A stretch of 64,000 bases of DNA. Source: a virus (taxonomy: Duplodnaviria; Caudoviricetes). Position 1 is the stretch's first letter. Every line of letters begins with the position of its first letter. This document shows, piece by piece, positions 61,421 through 64,000 of the stretch. The translations under genes were made by a program, and so were the position numbers. The notes below the pieces were generated by a model, which was not told the origin of the DNA, made no database searches, and was given only the letters and a program-made list of their open reading frames with translations. The stretch is taken from positions 1 to 64,000 of the IMG/VR virus record IMGVR_UViG_3300032038_000005; one strand, written 5' to 3'.

Positions 61421-63187
61421 TGGCAAAAGATAACATGACGGTTGAAAAAACTTCAACAGGTGCAATCATTCATGAACCAACATTGGAAGTGAAACGTAAA
61501 GCATTACAATATTTCTCATTACCAGATCCACAACGTGAATACTTTATTTATTCCGGATCGGATATTAATAAGAAACCAATCTTTGGACATGAACATGATG
61601 TACTATATATTTCATCTGGATTCTTAAAGATTAAAGATCCAGTCATTGATAATCTACGACTGCGTGCGACAAGAGTCACATCACGTGATGGTGCTCCAAT
61701 TGAGATTGAAATGAATCGTAAACCAAGATCACAATTACAAGTAGATTGTATCCAAATGATGGTAGAAACAGGTTATTCCAAAATGACATGTGAAGTAAAG
61801 CCTGGTGTTGACTTCCGGCACCCGTATCGAGTAATCGGTATGTAAAATTACCCTTTGAATTGCTGGGACACTTTAATGCTCATTGTACTACAACATGATG
61901 CCGAATCAGGCATGAGTGTGAATGTGACGAAAGTAAAAAGAAACAATGAGATGGTACATGGTTAAATCCTAAATACTAATAAGGAAAAATAAGTAATCAG
62001 CAGCGAAGCTCTGAACAGGAGAACGTTCAACGACTATCCATGATGGAGTAGGAATGATATTCCGAAGCGGAGGGCATCCCATTGGGATGATGATATAGTC
62101 TAAACTAAAATAAAGCGGAAAGACATTTATGGCATTATCTGTCATCGCACAACTTGGAAAGAAACCATTGATAATTGCACCAACTGCATTATTGAAGAAT
62201 CAATGGATTGAAAACTTTACGGATCTGGGTGTACCGGAATCCGATATTGCAACACGTATTTATGATGGACCAAATAAGAAAGTATGTGTTGTCACGATCT
62301 CCGCAATCGAGAATGAACTCAGAAAAGATTGGGAGGGATTGCTACATGTGTTGGCTCAAGCAAACTATGGAATCCGTATTACAGATGAAGCACATTTACA
62401 TTTGAAGGGCGTACTGAAGTTTGATGCCATTGCCAATATCAAACGTAATTACTATTTGTCAGCAACCTTAGGCAGATCCGATGAATCAGAAGATGATGTT
62501 CTTAATAGAGCTTTATTAGATGCTGACAGATTTGTTGGAGATAAGCGTTATGAAGAATATCAAGACGAATACATCAATGTGTATTTACAAGATATCTACT
62601 ACAATGCTTCACGAGAAATCTGTGACGAGCATTTCAAATATGGCAAGAAAGGTTTGATTTCAGCAACCTATTATAGAATGCTGATGGACTATCAACATGG
62701 AAAACCTTTTTACAATAATGCAATGCGTATGGTAAAGATTGCACAAAAGATCAAAGTGCAAGGAAAAGTATTATTGCTTTTACCATTACTTGATGCAATT
62801 CAACAAGTCAAAGAAGAGATGAAAAAAGATCCATACTTTGATAAATTAACCATCTCTTGTGTCGATGGACATATGAAACAATCAGAGAAGATGGAAGCAT
62901 TAGAGAAGGACATTATTTTATCAACTACCATGTCAATGGGAACAGGAGTCGACGTTTCTAACTTAGGAGCAGTTGTAAACTTTGATCAGAAGTCCTCTCT
63001 CATTATACTCGAACAGATTGTGGGTAGACTTAGAAATCGTGGATTTCAAACATACTACATTGATGTGTGTGACCATGTGAAATATGCCAGAGCATTTGAA
63101 AACTGGGGAATGAAGCGTCGTCAGTATATGCCTTACTTTCCGGGAGTTTCCAGTAAGCTTAAACTGTTACCAAAAATCATGTGTTAA
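61420..63187 (+). CDS. SF2 DExH helicase (UvsW-like), exons 61420-61808 and 62116-63187, 486 aa spliced
   Basis: Splicing restores Walker A KPGV|GKT; IIAPT, DEAH, LSAT, GTGVD and QIVGRL motifs follow. Confidence 0.9.
61809..62115 (+). ncRNA. Group I self-splicing intron, no internal ORF (307 nt)
   Basis: P1 GGUGU/GCACC with a U-G wobble at the splice site; IGS UUCCG pairs with the 3' exon CGGAA (P10); core AATTGCTGGGA, AATCAGCAG, TTCAACGACTA and GATATAGTC; terminal G at 62115. Confidence 0.95.
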
Positions 63188-63356
63188 TTTTTATATATCA
63201 AGATAATACATGTATGTAATCTGATTGAATTTACTTTTCACTTTCTTTGGCCATAAGTAAAGTAAGTCCTCCTATGATAATAATATATGAGCGTTAAACG
63301 GGCATTGGATTAGCGCTCACCCGTGAATTTGATCAGAGATCAGTGTATAGATTGTA

Positions 63357-63376
63357 TTGGGGGCGAAAGCCCCCAA
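63357..63376. terminator. GNRA-capped hairpin
   Basis: TTGGGGGC-GAAA-GCCCCCAA. Confidence 0.65.
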
Positions 63377-63396
63377 ACAGTCTTTATTTTTATTTT

Positions 63397-63435
63397 TCAT
63401 ATACATATTATTTATTTGATATAGAAATATATCAA
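63397..63435 (+). promoter_or_regulatory. Putative promoter plus TGATATA-GAAA-TATATCA hairpin, copy 2
   Basis: TCATATACATATTATTTAT-TTGATATAGAAATATATCAA; parallels 6357-6398. Confidence 0.6.
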
Positions 63436-63519
63436 TGTCCGCGGTGTGAGAAATCAAAATCAATCTGCTCTCACACTAATTCTGTTCATTAACTTTTACG
63501 CAGAAAGGAGAAATGTAAA

Positions 63520-64000
63520 ATGCGTATTGAGAAAATGAAAAACCCGGGTGAGAAATTGTTCACCACACCCGCGCCGTCGGATTTCGAAGAAGACCATGTT
63601 CACTGCATCAAAAATGTGGTAAACACAATGGATTACTTCGAAGCTTTTCCTGACAGCTTCGATGTCTACATGTTCGCAGCAGTCAGTGAGCCCGATATCG
63701 ATTTTAACAATGAAGACAGACTCCACTATCTCCCTGTTAATGTCAGACCTGTTAATGTCAGAAAATCCGCAATGATTTTGAAAACAAATCCGGCGGGTAA
63801 ACGCTTGGCATGGGTTCCGAGCGTCAAGTTCGTCAACCCGAACTTCATGGGATGGAATTCCATCCAATTGATGGGAATTAATATCAATTGGATGAGCACA
63901 GTGTTCGAACTGTTCTACCACCTTGTCAACGGGATGAACATCGGCCATGTGTTTGACAAGGTTATCAATGTTGTCACATACGACTTCATGTACGATGAGG
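63520..64000 (+). CDS. Hypothetical protein, 3'-truncated (MRIEKMKNPGEKLF...), not in the ORF track
   Basis: GAAAGGAG SD, ATG at 63520, and the frame is open to the window end. Confidence 0.75.
   Translation, partial: MRIEKMKNPGEKLFTTPAPSDFEEDHVHCIKNVVNTMDYFEAFPDSFDVYMFAAVSEPDIDFNNEDRLHYLPVNVRPVNVRKSAMILKTNPAGKRLAWVPSVKFVNPNFMGWNSIQLMGININWMSTVFELFYHLVNGMNIGHVFDKVINVVTYDFMYDE
63733..63762 (+). repeat. Perfect in-frame 15-nt tandem duplication (PVNVR x2)
   Basis: CCTGTTAATGTCAGA occurs twice in tandem. Confidence 0.85.

Noticed and set aside
1-64000. Stop-codon reassignment
   Set aside because: Genes are long and densely packed in the standard code, and the only apparent interruptions are explained by introns.
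1-64000. CRISPR array, tRNA or rRNA genes
   Set aside because: No regularly spaced repeats or cloverleaf-like sequences were seen by eye; the recurring hairpins are dispersed single copies.

Overview
This window comes from a phiKZ/AR9-like jumbo bacteriophage genome. The host is probably a Bacillota (likely Clostridia), inferred from strong AAAGGAGG ribosome-binding sites and a clostridial-type CPxCGxxLDPGERC peptide. It encodes subunits of two multisubunit RNA polymerases: an intron-split non-virion beta N-half, a non-virion beta' N-half with the NADFDGD motif, a candidate sigma-like subunit, and a ~1440-aa virion beta subunit. It also encodes a split family-B DNA polymerase, an SSB, a DnaB-like helicase, an SbcC/Rad50 ATPase, an intron-split SF2 helicase, a GroEL-like chaperonin, a PhuZ-like tubulin, a kinase, a dATP/dGTP diphosphohydrolase, a portal and several virion proteins. 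The main features the ORF track misses or does not explain are these. (1) Two ORF-less group I introns (1185-1456 and 61809-62115) whose removal restores conserved motifs. (2) An HNH endonuclease cassette inserted in sbcC, flanked by two colinear 57-aa versions of the SbcC C-terminus; the unannotated copy is intact at 46095-46268. (3) A set of Q/P/N/G/Y-rich prion-like proteins that share a short motif and lie near a kinase, a chaperonin and a tubulin, with no recognisable chimallin in the window; this is a candidate condensate-type phage factory. (4) Repeated promoter-plus-hairpin modules, including C-GGA-G triloops, a GGGGC-N4-GCCCC terminator family and strong-SD minigenes. (5) A RecD/Dda-like helicase with all catalytic motifs degenerate. 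All family assignments come from motif recognition by eye; no database searches were run.
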